Origin: Obrimoposthia wandeli
Taxonomy: Eukaryota
Assembly (NCBI GenBank): GCA_977020255.1
Contig: CDROCS010000482.1
Coordinates: 62,001 to 126,000 of the forward strand
Direction of reading: 5' to 3'
DNA: 64,000 nt
Shown: piece by piece, positions 1 through 13,800 of the stretch
How the letters are laid out: every line of letters starts with the position of its first letter
Position numbering within the stretch: position 1 is the stretch's first letter
Translations under genes and position numbers: made by a program
The notes under the pieces: model-generated
What the model was told of the DNA's origin: nothing
Seen by the model: only the letters and a program-made list of their open reading frames with translations
Databases searched by the model: none

Positions 1-165
1 CTTGATATAATATAGTAAAATCACAAATACTCGTAACCATAACAAATATATATTTGCGGGTATTGAAATTGATGCATTAAAACAAATTCTTGTAGTAAAA
101 TTACTATACATGATCAGCTTTACACATGTAATTAGATAACTGTTAATATACATAAGCTTTATTTA

Positions 166-495
166 TCAAATTATATAATACTTATTTTTATTAGTAGATA
201 GGAAAAATAGCTGATGCTGTTTCATTGGTTTCAGATAGTACTCCCATCCCGATATTCCTCCCTGACAGTAAATACACTTTACATTATCTTTTGAATCATC
301 GTGCTTGTAAAATCCTGCTTTTGCTAAAGCTTTCTTATCGGCTAAACCAGTAAACTTTGCTTGTAACGATTCTAATCTTCTTTCTTCATATATCATATTT
401 TCATTTATTCTTGAAATATTATCAAAACGCCGTCGTCTAATGGTGAGTTCTCCGTTTTCTGAAACATAATGTGCAATAAATTTAGTAGTCATCAC
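166..495 (-). pseudogene. Truncated IAP (single BIR domain) of Polinton A
   Basis: BIR signature LAKAGFY...DNVKCIYC..GISGWE....PMKQH. Homology to the copy at 27156-28148 stops after HQLFF, before the last Zn-ligand Cys. Confidence 0.85.
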
Positions 496-1017
496 AAAAT
501 TGAATGATGAAATTGTCTAGCTTATATAGTAAGTGAAAATCTATTTTTAGACCACATTACAACTATTTGCAACTTTTCGCAAGTAATGACATGTGATGTC
601 TTTGTCTTAGTATAAACAATATTTTGATAATGGTTTTATTGAAAATGGATAATTAAAATAATCAAAATAATGAAAGTAGAGCTAGTACATATATAGGTTC
701 TGGTAGTAATTTATATTCTAATATGAATTATAATAGAAATAATCAGAGAGAAAATATTAATCCATCAAGTCAAACAATAACAAGTCCTACGCGCGTAACC
801 GAAGAACGTGAGCCCTTTAAGGATATGACTAATACTAGACGATAAACAAGAATGTTAACCAATTGAGACTAATCGATTTTCATAAACAAGAATATCGACC
901 AATTAGAATCGAGCTTTGGAGGATAAACAATTGAATATTTCAATTTATAATTGTCAATATGAATTTCGAAAAGCTATATCAACCTATGCATACATATTAT
1001 GGATATGAGATGCACTT

Positions 1018-1347
1018 TTGAAGAAAGCTCATAACTATAATTTTATTTTTCCTGTCAACATCGAGGCGCTTAAATTTGATTTTGAAATATCAAATTTGAC
1101 TTCTGTGGATAAAGAGAGAATCAATATTCTCTTGACTCAATTCGGAATCAACTATGCGCTTCAGGAAAACAAATTCGTAATCAAAGGATCAACTGCCACT
1201 TTCAAGCATGAGAATGGAACAATATACGAAGCACCTCCTCCTAAGCTAGAATGGATTCTCTCAATCAGAATTCAAGGATGCAAGATCGGGCCCAGTGGAT
1301 TGGAAACTCCGATATGGAAAATAATTGATGCTGTTAGAGTTGACTAA
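1018..1347 (+). CDS. Polinton small protein, unknown 'PxWKI' family (copy 1)
   Basis: Intact ORF, about 90% identical to 26331-26669 (11 differences in 108 aa) and alignable to 35178-35654 and 34630-35094. Confidence 0.75.
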   Translation: MKKAHNYNFIFPVNIEALKFDFEISNLTSVDKERINILLTQFGINYALQENKFVIKGSTATFKHENGTIYEAPPPKLEWILSIRIQGCKIGPSGLETPIWKIIDAVRVD

Positions 1348-1406
1348 TAAATTTATTTGTATTATTTTATATATATATAAACAATAGTGATACTTTAATA
1401 TTTATT

Positions 1407-1772
1407 ATGAAAATGACTAAAAAACCTACTAAATCATTAAAGACTAAGGTTAAAAAGACTATGAGTAAAAAGACTATGAGTAAAAAGAAAATCATGGAGG
1501 GTTTGGGTATTCATATGATGGCAGCAAATCTTTTAGGTAGATGGTTTGGTGGAGTTGATAAAAAAGCTATAAAGCACAAAAAGAATGTGGATTATTTGAG
1601 AGGTATACAAAATCAGAAACGAGTGCAAAAAGGAGATGGTATACAAAAAAGGGATGGTATGCTTGATATTTTTGTAAAATTAGATAAACTTACAAAAGCA
1701 TTTGAAAAGGATCCTAGTGCCTATCTTGGTCCAAAACTAAACTTTTTAGCAAACCGACCAAAAACTTTGTAA
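1407..1772 (+). CDS. Lys-rich Polinton protein, possible core/pVII-like
   Basis: Basic N-terminus and repeated QKGDG/QKRDG motifs resembling adenain-type cleavage sites (inference). Paralog at 25904-26253. Confidence 0.6.
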   Translation: MKMTKKPTKSLKTKVKKTMSKKTMSKKKIMEGLGIHMMAANLLGRWFGGVDKKAIKHKKNVDYLRGIQNQKRVQKGDGIQKRDGMLDIFVKLDKLTKAFEKDPSAYLGPKLNFLANRPKTL

Positions 1773-1959
1773 TTACATTGCAATATAGATGCAGAGTGTC
1801 TTTGTTAGACACTCACACATATATATATATATATACATGTATAAGAATAAATGTTACTATTGATTACATAAAGATGCAAGTATTTGCAATATAGATGCGT
1901 GACTGTCTTTGTTAGATAGATATAGATTTTAAGTATGTTACTAAAAATATAATCTTTTT

Positions 1960-2390
1960 GACCTCACCATGACCTTAAGTTGTCCTCATGACGTCATGAC
2001 CTTAAGTTGACCTTAAAGTACATTGTCCTCATCATGACCTTAAGTTGACCTTAACTTGCCTTGACCTCATGACCTACATCTTGTCCTCATCGTGACCTTA
2101 AGTTGTCCTCATGACTTTAAATAAAAAATCATGTGTACTCGAGAGAAATTTGACCTACATCTGTCATAAAAAATTTGAGTTCAAAAATTTTGCGCAAATT
2201 TCAAACATTTTCAAAAATTTTTGCGCAAATTTCAAAAATTTTGACTTATATTTCAAATTTTTCGCGCAAATTTCAAAAATTTTGACCTATATTTCAAAAA
2301 ATTTCGCGCAAATTTCAAAATTTGACCTAAATTTTTTGTCCTTATCAAAAAATTTGACCTACATTTTTGACTTGACCTTAAAAAATTTTT
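1960..2390. repeat. Subterminal arrays of copy A (TGACCT-rich array, then AAATTT/GCGCAAA array)
   Basis: At least 10 TGACCT hexamers in 1960-2160, then degenerate short repeats up to the terminus. Confidence 0.85.
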
Positions 2391-2436
2391 GTCCTCAGGG
2401 GGGGGCTTTGTGCCAGAAGTGCCACATCTACCTACT

Positions 2437-2780
2437 TTGGTGGGATAAGAAAGGCGTTGGAGCCGCCAGAAACTATCCCCGGTGACCATTACGAGAACAA
2501 TTAGTCAACTTCAGTCAACAACTTAGGGAAGAATATGCCAAGAGGCAGGACAAATTGATGCCAGATTTCCTTTTATTAAACAGATGCCTTTCAGAACAGC
2601 ACTTCAATTCTTATGAAGATATCAAAACTTGGTTTGATGAACCGGAACCAGAGTTATTCTTTCATAAAATTCACTTAACACCTGATAAATTACAAAATGG
2701 TATAGCTAGCGATGAAAAATACTTTAAAAAACATTTTGTTTTTTTGAAAACAGCAGAATTTTATTTAAGTACCCATTACT
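2437..2780 (+). mobile_element. Mariner (Tc1/mariner) transposase 3' remnant
   Basis: Reads WWDKKGV...(frameshifts)...LSEQHFNSYEDIKTWFDE..PELFFHKIH...IASDEKYF, matching the Mos1-type C-terminus; internal deletions. Confidence 0.8.
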
Positions 2781-2839
2781 TAGAAATTTTTAAATTGTGA
2801 ACAAAATTGTACAGCGGCAGCTTAGAAGTTGCGCACATA

Positions 2840-4745
2840 CCGGTTTGTGACGATTGGTCCCGCGTCAGCTGGAGATTCATATGCACATTTATGATCTCTC
2901 GTTTGACAACGTGGACGGGGTAGCTGCGTGCAAACAGGAGACGACACAGCCGCTGCAACACCATGGCACTGGAGTCCACCCCACCTCCGAGACGGGAGCA
3001 GGCATCCTCCTCCTGGGTGGACAGAAGTTGTCAATTGGAAAATGTAGGATACGCAGTAATTTACACATTGATAAATTGTATCTGCAACAAATAAATGAGT
3101 GCAAGTAGAGAATTAATATACAGAATCAAAATGGGGTGTTAATTCCAAACAAACCTTGACATTCATCTATACACTGCGTGTGAAAGTTACAAATATGTAA
3201 TATATCATTTGAATGTATGCTAACTAAAATCTTGTTTCTGAATTAATCATTTAGAGAATTTGTAATCAAATAAGAATCGGATTGTTCAGCGATCCAGTCA
3301 CAGCATTCAAGTCTGCTCCGTTACTAAAGGCTTCTGGTTTTTCAGAGTCTCATAGATTTCCTATAAATATGGTTTCCTATACAATTTGGATGTGGACTTT
3401 CGGAGACAATAAAAATCGGCAGATTATCGAATTGAATGTCGCACTTTGTCTACAGACCGCAGAGGATTCTTCTTTACAAACCCACACCCCTGCTCATTAA
3501 AATTGGCCATACTGTTTCCTCTGACTTATTTGATCCTGTCTTCTTTCTGTCTTCCACGTAACCTTGTCGCTCTATAGACCTGCTTACATGTCGTTGCATA
3601 ACTTCTAAAAGTTCATCATAACCCATATTGATACTCGTATACATTTTGATATATTCGGATGTATAAACAACCAACATTTCTAATTTAGCAATAATAATAA
3701 GTATAAACAAATGTGAGTTTAAATTATTCTGTGAACCTTTAGATTTTCTTATCTTATCATTATTAGACGGAGGGCATGTGGTCGGATAATAGACGAGGGT
3801 ACTGGGACGAGACCAGTTAAATATCATCGAAGCAAACAGTTCAAAGACGATGTCAAATTCAATTCGTGATCTTTGCGCCCTTCCTTCGTCATTTTATGAC
3901 CCTTTCCCCCCTAAAGATCTAAATGCAAAACGTAAACATTCGGTAGGGGTTTCTTGCAAACAATCATAAAATGTGCAGTAGACTTCGATGTTGTTGATGA
4001 GCTTGGAGAGGATGTTTATAGCAGCTATTATCATGTTCGACGAGCCACCCACTCGTAGGGGCTCACGAATCTCACGTACGAATCTAAAGAGAAAATGTGA
4101 AATAACAAAAGTTTTGAGTTGAGTTTGTCACATTTAGAACTACAAGTTCATTTAAGTTACTCAAAATATGAATTAAAAAAGGATAAATAATTTTTGGGAT
4201 ATTTTAAAAGTTGTATTTGTCAGTTAAATTAGAGTACAAAAAGACTGTCCAATCCAGCGTGGTTTGAAAAAAATTGAACTTTTAGTTCTAAATTGTTCAG
4301 TTTTAACCGATTTAGCCGTGGACACAGAACAAAATTTATCAAACGTGTTCGTGTGCATTTGAGTTGTTTGTAAATGAATTTTGTTTTGAAAAACGCATTG
4401 ACGGTTTAAGAGAAATCTTTCTCACCCTTAATTGGTTGAGATGATCTATTATAAATATTTTTCAGTATTTAAATTGATGATCTTAATATTCTGATTGAGA
4501 CAACAACACAGTTAATGAAACAGACCAAATTGTGCACCTTGTGTTCTAGACCTATACGTGGAATGATGACACATGCATTTGTGTGCCGGAATTTCGCTGT
4601 TTACGTAGGCGTCGATGTGATGTTTCGATGGTTATAATCTGCATGTTTGATCTCGCTACAGCAACTCGAAACGCGACACCGGAGTGAAAACCCAGGTCGG
4701 TGGTTGTGGACTGGTGCAAGCAGAGACCCGTTCAAACGAATGAGA
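2840..4745 (-). other. Putative exons of an unidentified minus-strand host gene or pseudogene
   Basis: GC-richer segments with AG/GT borders: 4745-4605 joins 4083 onward in phase (..TSTP-T-FVREIREPL..), and about 2975-2840 reads EEDACSRLGG... An in-frame TAA near 3890 and no recognisable family. Confidence 0.35.
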
Positions 4746-7739
4746 CTTTGAACACATTAACGAGGCAAAAAGGTATAGGTTAATAAGCGAGAGTGAGAGA
4801 GAGAGAATGACGTTGATGCAATAAAACATTATATTTCGAACATTTATTAAACTTAGGTACCACAAAAAGCGGTTTTATACAAACTCTAGTCGATAGACAA
4901 GTCCTGAATTGGCTATAAAATACCTAAAATAAGTTCTTGGTTTTGTTCTGATTTTCCAAGCGGTGTCACTCCGAGCATAAAAAGAGAAGAAACGCTGCTT
5001 ACAATCAGTATCAACATAGGGAAAGGAGGAGACTTGTTCTAAGGTTTCTATGTTCCCCATCAATTCACCATTACAAGTAAGATTGAAGAGAAATAAACGA
5101 GAAACAAGATAGTTAATTGAGGCGATAAACTGTTAAGAAAATGGCACGAAAGTAACCTAATTTATGCAACCTAAGTTTAACTAAACATCTTACTTATCTA
5201 CTTGTATGAGTATCAGAGCAAAGAATGTAAACAACCTTCATAATTACAGAGATAGAAAGATAAGCCAGGGAAATGCCGATCTGCACCGATACATAGCGGA
5301 CTGAATTTTCTTAAGCCAAATCGGCCTATTCTACATACACAACCAAAATCCCGAGAATCTCTCTACAAGACTCAATAATGTGACCATATTAAATCTTTAC
5401 AACCAGAAATGAGAAGATATTCACCAAGCACAGACTTAAAATCCATCTTTAGGCTGATGATATTCGAATCCACAAGAAATTCAATCCGGAGGAAATTATT
5501 CGAATTTTTGCCTAAATCGAAAACTGTATAAACGAAGTGTACATTTGGCGGACAAAAGATTGATCAGATTAAATGAAAGTAAAACTGAATATGTCGTCTG
5601 GGTGCAGATCAAACCTCTCAGAAAGTGCCATGTTTCAGTTGTTAGTCGAGATATGCATAAAAGAATCAATCCAAAATGTCCGCTTGTCGTATTGATGCAA
5701 ATTTAACAATGAAATCGTCCATGAATAATCTCGAGAATTTGTCAGTATTTATCTAAAGGTGTTGTGATCCTATTAACTCACACGGTTATCTCTCCTAGAT
5801 CATACAACAGCATTTAACTGCTCATTAACCTCCACATAAGCCGATTCAACACTTATAAATGATTCTGAATATAACTGTACGATCAATTGTCAGATAAAAG
5901 ACAAGTGAATCAATTTTACTGTATTGAAAAAACTCCCTTAGCTTCCTATCAGAGCACGAAGAGAATAGAAAGTTCTTATGCTATTCCAACATTGTTTATT
6001 GCTCTAAGAGCTCTTAGAATAAGCAAATCAATCTTCGAGTTTTGTTTATTTGTCTCCATATTGTGATTAAAAACCAAGAATGAACCTTGCAGCAAATTCT
6101 GGTTCTTTTATCTTTCAATGAGTATAAATAAACATCTTAAAATGGCATTCACACTTTTTTCAAATAAAATTACTCCAAAATTAACAAAACAGTACATTTA
6201 AAAATCAAAATTAAAATGTCCTTCGCTCAAATAAATCATAAAAAGTCAAAATTAAAATGTTGAACTGTTGAAACCGTACATAATACATCACGAATGCGTA
6301 TTTCTGTCTAAAACGCGCTTACATTTGTCTGTGACCATGCAGAACCAGCCAGGGAGAGAATAAAAACTTGATGAGCAAATATAATTAGAGTTTATAAAAA
6401 ATTACCCGCAAATACAACGTTATTCAAAATCATTTTGTCAGAAAATAATTTTAAATCTGTAACTCGGCTATTTATACTTAAATGATAAGACAAAACAAAA
6501 GGTTGTAAAACAATATAAAATTATTTCTAAACCTAATTGCAATTTGTAAGACTTTTAAAGCGTTAAGTAAAATTGTTTTATCATAAAAGCAATTCAAACA
6601 TATGAAAGTATTTATGAAATTTCTTTAAATACATTTTAAGTATGGAAACCTCAAAAATATAAATAAGGATTTACAAGAAAAGAATTTGTTAGACTAAATT
6701 TAAGATTTAAAAGCCAGATATAAAAACTCAAAAAATAGAATAAAAAAAGAAGAGAGTTAAATAACTGTAATCAGAACAAATTGTAAATTGATTCTCACAA
6801 TATCAACATTAAGAAGTTTTCTATCGATTAATAAAAAATGTCAAAAGTTAAATGTATTAAATAATTTTATGAACAATTCTTTATTTTCTGAATAACTTTT
6901 TATACAACGAATTTATATGAGTAGAAGAATTATACCAAAACGCATAATTAAATACTTCATATCATCTTTGTTTGGAAGTTCTTCACATACTGTATTAGAA
7001 ATAATTCACAAAAATGTTATTTTTGTTAATAGAAACGTTAATAAATAAAAACATGTTAGATGAATTTAAATACAATAAAAAGTAAAATATTAAACCAATT
7101 TTAAAGTATAATTAATTTAAATTAAATACGTTATATTTTGTTGAAATCGCACCTAAAGTTCAAAAAGTCCTATTATACAAAAAGTACAGATGACATATGA
7201 ACAAGTGAGAATGGACGAGGTGGATAGTCACTTAGTCATTCTACTGATAAGATCTTTATTGATAATAAGGATATGTGCATCTTTGAGAATAAAGCCATAC
7301 CTCTTGCCCTAGCAAAAACTCATAAATATGTTGGGGTTTCTATATGAAACTGTGTTCTAATATAGATCCTCTGACAGTGGAGGGCCCCAACGTGAGTTCT
7401 ATAGAAGCAGGGCTTGTAGATGGTTGTGGCCTACTTAATGTTATGCTTGCCTGTCTCAATTCTTATCTGAAGGTTTGTTGTTTTGTCTTAATCTGAAGGG
7501 TTTAGAACAATGCTTTCTAGTTGTAGGAAATCGTTTATTATTAACACACTAGACTAACACGAATTTATACGTTTAAGTACGTATTCTAAAAAGTTACAAT
7601 AAAATTCCTAAGACTTCTGTAAGTCTCTCCACAAGTGGGGATGAACCACGTATCGATTTTTTAAGGTTAGGGTTGGTTGGTCACTAGAGTCTTGACTTTA
7701 AAAAATGAGGGCAACTTTAACTTTAATGATTTTTAAGTC

Positions 7740-8000
7740 AACTTTAATTCTTCAAAACTTTATGATAACAATAAATTCACTTTCAAAATCTTTTCTCAAA
7801 AACTTTATAGACTTTTTAATTCAACTTTTAATAAATTTACTGTCAAAATAGCTTTTAATGATTCCTCAAAACTTTATGTTTTAAATTCAACTCTAAATAA
7901 ATTCACTGTAAAAATCCTTCTCAAAACTTTATACTTTTAATTCAACTTTTAATAAATTCACTGTCAAAATAACTTTTAATGATTCCTCAAAACTTTAAAT
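7740..8000. repeat. AT-rich degenerate tandem repeat
   Basis: Recurring AAAACTTTAT..TTTAATTCAACTTT..AATAAATTCACTGT units. Confidence 0.7.
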
Positions 8001-8064
8001 TTACTAATAGAGGTTCAATTTTCTTTTCAAATTGCTTCGGCTCACCTCCTCTTGTTTTATTGGT

Positions 8065-8290
8065 TTCCACAAGATACGACTGGCAAGGAACGGTGAGGTG
8101 CAGCGAGTCGCAGAAGATATGACTGGTACGGGACGGTGAGGTACAGCGAGTCGCAGAAGATATGACTGGTACGGGACGGTGAGGTACAGCGAGTAGCAGA
8201 AGATACGACTGTCTCGAAACGGTGAGGTGTAGTGAGTCGCAGAAGATACGACTGTCTCGAAACGGTGAAGTGTAGTGAGTCGCAGATTTA
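8065..8290. repeat. 43-bp minisatellite, about 5 copies
   Basis: Unit GTACGGGACGGTGAGGTACAGCGAGTCGCAGAAGATATGACTG and variants. Confidence 0.9.
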
Positions 8291-9966
8291 GAGGTAAGGC
8301 GTGCTTCTTCTGTTTGGCTTCTTGTTTCCAATCCGGCTTGCAATTGAACTTCATGTCAGATATCTCCTGTATTTCCGCTGTTCGAATTCTGGAGCTTGGC
8401 GTGGCGACGACTGCTGAATTTTTCTGTGCTTTTTTGTGCGTCTCTCTGAAAGCGTCACTCGCTTTTATATGTCTCTCGGCAAGTGAGGCTATTTCAATTT
8501 TCCTTGTCACAGTTTCCTAGAATAAATTAATCACTTGCACTTAAGCTAAGTGCTCCTACCTTCGTGGCTGGATTCCGTCTGCTGATGCTAATGGATTTGT
8601 CGCCTCTTGCTGCTCGGTTCTCGGAGATTAGGTGAGTGTTTCTTGTTTGATTTGGCTTGGCTCCCGACTGCTAATGGGTTTGTCGTTTCTTTGCTGCTCG
8701 ATTGCTGTCTTCTCGTCGGTCGCTAATGGACTTCTAATGTACGACTTAATTATTTTCTAATTTAGAATTTTACCTTCTTGATTTTTTCTCTAATTGGATT
8801 TTTCTTCTTGCGTTAATTTCTTTCTTTTTTGGGGCCCTTAATAATAATTTAAACTCCTATATATACTGCGCACTATACATGACCTTCGTAGTCCTTAATA
8901 TTTAAATTACCTTTTAATTTTATCAATTTAATTTAATAATATAAATTTTATTTTAATTATAACCTTGCTTTCAATGGTTTTATTTTGATATAAAAATGAT
9001 TAATTATTTTAATTTTCCCAAAACCTAATCCTAACAAATATATTTGAGTCAAAATTTCCAAATTCTAATTTATCTTTACCAAATATCTATTTTATCCTGT
9101 AAATAAATGCTGCTGGGAACAAATGTTGTCTTCACGATAAAATAATAAATAATTTTCTGTATCAAAATTGTATTTTTTGATAATCAAAATTCAACTACCT
9201 ACTTTGTGATAGTTATGCGTATAAATGCTTGCAGAAAACCTTCAGTTTATAAAGGAGAATTAGTGACCACACAATATTTTATCATCTAGTCAGTGGTGAG
9301 TAAAAGACAGAAAAGTGTGAGCAGGTAAAATAAGCAAACACATGCACACAGTCAGCACATCTGCAGTAGAGGGATATAGTTCACTGTTCAAGAGAGAACG
9401 GATGACATCCAATAGCATGCAACATAGAAGGGAGAACTGTTACTGCAACTAGAAGCTGTGGGGCATTAGTTGCACCGATAGTTACTGTCAAAACTACAGT
9501 CGATAATGCTTTTGACTCAGACAACCGTGATCGCGGTCTGAGAATCGGCTGGTAGGCAGTATAGTCCGAGAGATACGATAAAAGCGTTGTCGGTTGTTGG
9601 GAGATAGGATATAGTCTGAGGGGAGGGCAGAGACATAAGTAGAAGCAGCAGTTGCGGGATATTAGCAATGTTGTTGTTGTCATGGCCACATTAACTGAGG
9701 CACGGAAGGGAGAAATGATGTGTGCTACCGAGTTCACTAGAGGGAGCAATTGCGTGCACACAGATAATGACCCGATTTCCGACAGGTAGGCAGGGGAAAA
9801 TGTGAACTGGGAAGAGAGCAGAGACTACATTTGTTTCGATCACAGATCGAAATGAATCAAGTTAGTCCAGTCGATCTGCGATCGAATCTTAAACAGTGAC
9901 ATTCTTCGTTCACTCTTATATATGGCTTCGCGGGAAATATTTACCGCGAAGTCAGATATACTTGCC

Positions 9967-10018
9967 GTTGCCCTGATGAGCCCGACAGGGCGAAACCGGT
10001 AATAAACCGGTCGGGAAC
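9967..10018 (+). ncRNA. Type I hammerhead ribozyme
   Basis: GTTGCC-CTGATGA-GCCC(GACA)GGGC-GAAA-CCGGT(AATAA)ACCGG-TC^GGGAAC. All core nucleotides present, stems II and III perfect, stem I with one G.G mismatch, GUC cleavage after 10012. Confidence 0.9.
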
Positions 10019-10766
10019 TAAAAAAATAGATTCTGAAAATGTGTATCGAATAATTAATTAAACTTAACAAATGACTTAACTAAAAGTAGATCACCTTTCT
10101 CCTGAGTATATTAATTTACAAGTTTAAGGTTAAACGTAGGTCATGACCTAATATAATAAATCTGTTTAGACTAAATTTTGTTTAAATCCCCACAAAAACT
10201 TCGTGTGGATTCATTATTTTTTACATTATGCCCCTTTTCTGAAGATCCATCTATTTAGTCGATTTTTCGTTATGGTATACATAATTTTAAATTCAAGATC
10301 ATGACGTATTAAAGTATATATATTTTAAAAAGTGGTGTTGTTTAAATGAATCAATTTAGATGAATGTGAATTCAAAAGTAACTGTTTTGAAATTTTGTAG
10401 GACTCTATGTTCTTTATGCTTAAATTCTGTAGGATTTTAACGTAATTGATGACTCCTGGTTTTAGTTCTAATATACTATAACTCATGGTCATTGTCATTA
10501 ATCCTAGCTGTCCACCATTTCTGCTGTTTATTTGACTTAGCCAAAGTTTGGTTTGAGTAAAATAATTCGCAGACGTGAAACTAAACAGACATCGCCCGTG
10601 TGAGACTATTTCATTAAAATTGTAAGAATGGCCGTGCTGATTGAATGACTTAATTAAGCATAACACAATCCAGTCACGAGTTGTTTTATTTGCACAGCGT
10701 CATTGGATCTATTTTTAGTACACATTCCATAATTACTGGATGGGAGTCGCCATCGGCGGAGGCCGC

Positions 10767-10802
10767 TATAAATATCCAAGCTCAGCTACTCGACTTCTCA
10801 GT
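10767..10802 (+). promoter_or_regulatory. TATA box and Inr-like core promoter of the RPTP-like gene
   Basis: TATAAATA at 10767-10774 and TCAGT at 10798-10802, directly before ATG 10804. Confidence 0.7.
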
Positions 10803-10803
10803 A

Positions 10804-10852
10804 ATGGCGTTCCTCCTCCTTACTCTCACAATATTCGCTGCAGCTGCCACTG
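10804..10852 (+). CDS. RPTP-like exon 1 (signal peptide)
   Basis: [16 protein letters not shown], donor GTGAGA, phase 1. Confidence 0.8.
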
Positions 10853-13800
10853 GTGAGAGATTCTTCTTCTGCCCAATGACGAAAGTCTGAAAATTAGAAA
10901 CGAAGAATATATTGAAGCCATATAATTTAATTTGCAGATAAAAATAACTTGCCTTTTAGAATTTTTTTTATGTTCTAGCATAAAAGAACTTTGTTAATAG
11001 AAAATTATAATTTTAAGAACAACATTAAATTTACTATTTTGTAATTTAGTAAAACAACAAATGAATATTTTAGAAAGGTACTAAAATAGCATTAAATTTA
11101 ATTAAATTAAAAAATTAAAAAAAACAATTTTAAAATATATAAAAATATACATAATACACCTTTGTTTAAGTGGTTTAATTTACTATCAAATATTTTATGT
11201 ATATTTTAAAATTTAAATAAATGATTGAATTATCTTTAAGTTTTTATTTTAAACATTTAAAAAATATATATATTTTTATTAACATTTTACTACTTTTCAA
11301 TCAACACACAGCCAACCAATATATAAAAGTGAAGTTCTAAGACTATTTACTCAACGTTTTCCTATTATGTAAAAAAAAATTATACCTCGATTTGCGTCGT
11401 TAATTTGAACCAGAGAAAGAAAATGGCCCCGCGGATTTATTAAGTGTATCGAGTGCTGACAGTGCTGAAACATGGTTTAGTATTTTATACAGTACAAATT
11501 GTATGTTTTAATATAACCTGTTGTCTTCGTTGTCTTGTTTTATTACGCGTTCTACATGGAGTAATATTCTTTTAACCGACACCTCGCATTAACGGACTCT
11601 TTCACCCGGCTGACATAAATCCCTCATGCGATGTTTCACTTTATATATAGAAAATTACGAGAATATGTACAAAAATTGTAAGCTGTAAAAATTATTTTCC
11701 ATTAAGATCTCTAAATTGTTTAACAATCCAGATTTATTACAATGGGTTTTATGCAGTAGGCAAAAGTCTCAATGGTGCCGTGTTCCTGATCAGAACTTCC
11801 AGCTTCGTAAGCGCGTACGGTCCTGTCATATTAGTGTCATGGAATCAAGAGTCTACAGCAGATCGCTACATTGGACTGTTGATGGATAGGGAAAACAACT
11901 GTCTTATTAGCCAAGTCCATGTACCTATCGGCAAACCAGCGGTGAGTGGGATGTCGTTGTTGACTCAGGGGCGTTGCTGACTGGCTGTGCATTGTCATCT
12001 TCTCCCGGGACCTAAATATTCTCTATTCTTGGTATACTTCCCCTTTTCGTATTATTTTTTAGGAAAGTAACAAATTCCGCGTTGTGTTATTTTCTAACAA
12101 AATCGGTTCCAAAATATCCATTTATAATATTTCTGTATCAGAGCATCGGAATAGACACAAATGAGAACATATATTCTTGACTGGCATTTCTTCATGCCAT
12201 TTTGGGATTCAGATTTTGTGACAAGAGTTCGGCCAGAAAATAAGTCGTTACATAGCGGGCTAGATGATAATAGAGGATACATTCAAAAGACAATTATTTA
12301 GCAGTTGTCAGTGCTTGTAGTGCGCATGTTTAATGAGTTCTTCAGGCTGATTCCTCATTTTGGTACGAGTAAGAGTCATCAAGAAATCATTTATATCAAG
12401 AAAATCTCTAAAAAATAACCTTTACTATTTCTGTGTGGATACTGTTATTAAATCTCGCTTAGATCTCAACAAACTTTTACGCCGATAAGTTGTAGATTTT
12501 GGTCATATGTTCACCAATTTAGAACTGGTCATTTTCCACCAATCGTTTTAATGGGTTATATGCTATTGGATGTGGTATTTATTCTGCAGCGTTTTCTTAA
12601 ACTTAGAAATGTTGGGTTTTGGAGACGAAACTTATTTTTCAGTGAATTTTAGGCTGACAGAACGACGCAATAAGACACACCTTCTCAACGTATTCTCCAA
12701 CATTAAGTGGGTACGAAGTGCGGCTTTCTTCAGTGTAGTAACACGATATAATACACATTCCCATTGAGTTATTTCTGGTCGGAAGAATTGGGGATGAAGG
12801 ATGAACCGAACATTCAGTTAAGGTTGCCAATATGCTCCTCACTTCCTTCTAGAGCTCTAAAGCACGAACTTTGAATCCATCCTCAAATATTGTTGGAGTG
12901 TCTTTGCTAACGGAAGGCTGCGCATCGATTGTGAATATTGAATAACACAGTCATACAAAGCAAAAAACCATCGGCGGAGTCAAATACTAAGTAAGAATTT
13001 ATTCTTTGAGAATATCTATATGTCAAATTTTACTTTGCATAATAATTATTTTAAGATTTAAATAAAAGCTGAGCGGGTGTACTTCCTGCAATTTCTGCTG
13101 CTTCCTCTCGACAGTACAACCTCACCAGCGCGCGTCTGGATTTCCGATCGCTCTTCGCAGTGCCAATGTCAAACAGTATTGCTTATTTTGGCAACTTCTA
13201 CGGTGCACCGGCAGGTGGTCAGCTCGAGTTCGGCCAGACTTACACCTTCTCCATCGTGGCTGTCTACCTCACAAGGTCATACTACTCCAACCGGACTCTC
13301 ACCATGCCGCGGTTCCGTGAGTGCACCCATACTGAAACACGCAGAGTCATTCAATCATTATTGGAAGATTCTGAAGTCCGATCCAATTTAAATGTTATTT
13401 TTAAATTAAAAAAATAAATAAATAAAATAATAACATTTATTTGTTTAGTCAAATTAATTCAGAAGTTTATCAAAAATTTTCATAAAACTATTAAATTCTC
13501 ATTAGAGATAGAAAAGGTAATTGTATTTCTTTTTTGGATTGGAATTTAACTAAACTGGCCTGTATGTCAAAATGTTTTATTGATAAAGTGTGTGTGAAAA
13601 TATGATTAGAGATCTAGTTCATCGTGTCTTTGTGATGTAGACATTTAAATTTTAGACTTATTAAATGGCTTTGAAACATAATTTATACAATCACAGACTT
13701 GTAAAGTTTTCAATAAAATTTTAGGTACGAAAATAGAAACAAAATTTCACAATAAATCAACAGAATTATCCCTCTTCCCTATTCTGAAGGTGAACATAAA

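Larger units (their letters stand above)
200..2436 (-). mobile_element. Polinton/Maverick copy A (one end only, truncated)
   Basis: Terminus ...CACATCTACCTACT ends at 2436 and is the reverse complement of AGTAGGTAGATGTG at 24622. Gene set is the inverted counterpart of 25900-27450. It interrupts a mariner transposase. Confidence 0.85.

Noticed and set aside
5100-6150. Possible decayed LINE reverse transcriptase
   Set aside because: No diagnostic motif could be read with confidence.
8004-8520. ORFs of 81-168 aa
   Set aside because: Partly built from the 43-bp minisatellite, with no recognisable domain.
9825-9865. Minus-strand GATC-TGT-GATC-GAAAC-AAAT-GTA resembling half a minimal hammerhead
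   Set aside because: The CUGANGA box is absent; explained by a simple palindrome.
12320-12350. Minus-strand CTGAAGA...AAACATG, Penelope-like hammerhead remnant
   Set aside because: No stem II and no GAAAC.
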